A DNA stretch of 63,442 nt, counting the filler, from Choristocarpus tenellus KU-1152 (lineage: Eukaryota; Protista; Phaeophyceae): the NCBI GenBank assembly GCA_964200185.2. It is 3 parts of 3 records of this genome, joined end to end, with 100 filler letters (N's around TTAATTAATTAA, not from the genome) between each part and the next. Parts side by side here need not be neighbours in the genome. Positions count along the whole stretch, not along the records: positions 40,194 to 63,442 come from CAXNAD020000258.1; 2 more parts are not named here. One strand, given 5' to 3'. This document shows, piece by piece, positions 61,501 to 63,442 of the stretch. Position 1 is the first letter of the stretch. The number at the start of each line of letters is the position of its first letter. Under the pieces are notes generated by a model. It ran no database searches. It worked only from the letters and a program-made list of their open reading frames with translations, and was not told where the DNA came from. The position numbers were made by a program, and so were the translations under genes.

Positions 61501-63299
61501 GTTCATTCTGATGGAAGGTCCGCCAGTGGAATCATGGATGCTTGACAAGGAACCACAATCAGTACAATGGTAAAGTGGTGTGTGGCATATGACAATAACG
61601 GTATAACAGACAAACATGCTTTCCACATCATCACCTCCCCTTCTGATCAGCCCTTAAGCCATGTAAACATGATTCAAGGTCAACCAAAAAGTGAGCTCTG
61701 GGAACGAAATGGGAAAGTTGTGCGACTGTTGTATACTATTGCACCATTGTATTACACGACTCCATCAATACAAATGAAGTGTAATATATAAACGAGGCAC
61801 ATAATGAATATCTGATCAGGATAACATTAGCCTAAGGTTGATGGTGTGTGGTCCGCACACCAATCAAGCTTACGAGGTCTGAGAGTATGGGATCAGTGTA
61901 TCAATCAGCCTAAAGACGAGGTGAGAGGTATATTTGGCCAGCATATATGGTCTCTATTATCTTGTGTAAAAAAGAGGACACGCTCAGAATGGCGACACAA
62001 GGAGCAAACACTATATACAGTGTCAACAAACGGTTTGACTAGTGTTTGTGATTCGACATTGCTATATGGGTGTTATACAATGATTTAATCACCACTCTGA
62101 TGCATGAAAACAACATCGCGTGTTACATGACCAAATCAACCCAGCAAATGATGAGATCAAATGTGTGGACCCATTTTCCTTCCTCAGTTCTGACATTGAT
62201 TGGAATATTGCTCACGACGACTACAATATTCCAAATGGACAACTCAGACGTACGATGTTGGTGGCTCAATTCTCCTAAAACGATACGAGGTGACTGTACG
62301 GTCATCATATCATGGCGGCGGGATCATGTCACATGAAAAATAAAAAATGAGTAGCATGTATGGCTCACCTGAAGTCTCCATCTTGTACCTGGTGGTAGAC
62401 TTGAATCTTCAATTATTTTATTTTTTCTGTTTTAGGGTGGGATTAGTCATTTCATGATGATCAATAAATCCATATCATGAAAACGTGACATGATGTAATG
62501 AACAGCCACCTTTAGCACACAAGTAAGTGCTAATGTATTAATATGCCCAGTGATACAGTAACACCGCATGTGTCCACTCATGCAAACGAGGAGAGTTTAG
62601 AGGTAAAATCAATTGTATTATTAATTTATCTAAATCCACCATTTTTATAGTCTATTTGCAAGGATTGATAAATCTGGTAAACACGAGATGCCAAGTCAGG
62701 GCTGGACGTGAACAGGTTAACTGGCATCTGTTACCAGTGATCTCATCTCTTCACAAAACGATAGACTATACCCATCTATGACAAAATGACACACAAACGA
62801 TTTGTCTAAACTAGATGAACAACCGATGTACGGGATTATAGTATGTGGGTACCATGAGATCTGACCAAGAGGCATAAGTCTTAAAAATATGTACATAAAC
62901 ATACAAATTAAAAAAAAAAAAAAAAATGGCAATGATCTGTAACACACATACACACGATAATCTCTTTACTGAAACGGTAGGTTACGATATCACAGCAATG
63001 CATGATATACAGACTATACAAAGTAGTATGTTCACATGAAATACGAATTCTCAAGTCAGCACCACAAGGGATGAGAATTTTACTGTTTATCCAATCCATT
63101 TACTGCACGATAGACTGCAATCATTTCACGGCATTGTGGGATCTGCTCTATTCTTTTGTGAAGATCACAAGACGGTCTATAGCCACAAAGACAAAGGCGA
63201 TAGATAACATTAGTGGACAAACGACAACCAGGACCGGGTCTGTCCAACAATGCTATCAATAGTATATTGGCCAATGACAGGTTGAGAGATTTGATGGTC

Positions 63300-63395
63300 T
63301 ACATCCAGTAATGGTAGTGGTTTTCCCATAAACAAATAATCTAGTTCATTCAAATCTGGTGTGGGAGGTTGAACTTGAGGATAGTAACGTTTCAT
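63300..63395 (-). mobile_element. Possible small Tc1/mariner-like fragment
   Basis: QVQPPTPDLNELDYLF resembles the 'QPP.SPDLN.LD' motif; nothing else supports the call. Confidence 0.25.
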
Positions 63396-63442
63396 CCTAC
63401 CCAGATGAATAGAAAATGGACGTGGGTTTCCAGGTAGTACTA

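Overview
Eukaryotic, intron-rich genomic DNA from a draft assembly, with two N-padded gaps carrying a TTAATTAATTAA spacer. Two proteins have bipartite signal+transit presequences with an 'AF' cleavage motif, which points to a photosynthetic heterokont, probably a brown alga or close relative (inference). I reconstructed 11 spliced genes by hand from GT/GC-AG boundaries and frame continuity: a plastid-targeted ZIP transporter (-) head-to-head with a LIV-1/ZIP7-like transporter (+) across only 126 bp; an HDHD3-like HAD hydrolase; plastid SufE-BolA (SufE1); a permuted NlpC/P60 (PPPDE/LRAT-like) protein head-to-head with an SGNH hydrolase ending in a CaaX box; CKS1; PRP40 with NQGPP/NQGQGPP repeats; a truncated SEC63-like gene ending in an (NLGD)n repeat; an NhaC-family transporter; and a probably mitochondrial PPR-like gene. 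Intergenic and intronic DNA holds several decayed restriction-like-endonuclease (CRE-type) non-LTR retroelement 3' ends, a Copia-gag-like relic and a TIR-bounded mariner (DD39D-like) element. The best candidates for undescribed biology are (i) the divergent ZIP pair with twin TGTGA-N5/6-TCACA palindromes in its tiny shared promoter and (ii) the divergent PPPDE-like / prenylated His-less SGNH hydrolase pair. No database searches were run; family calls come from motif recognition.
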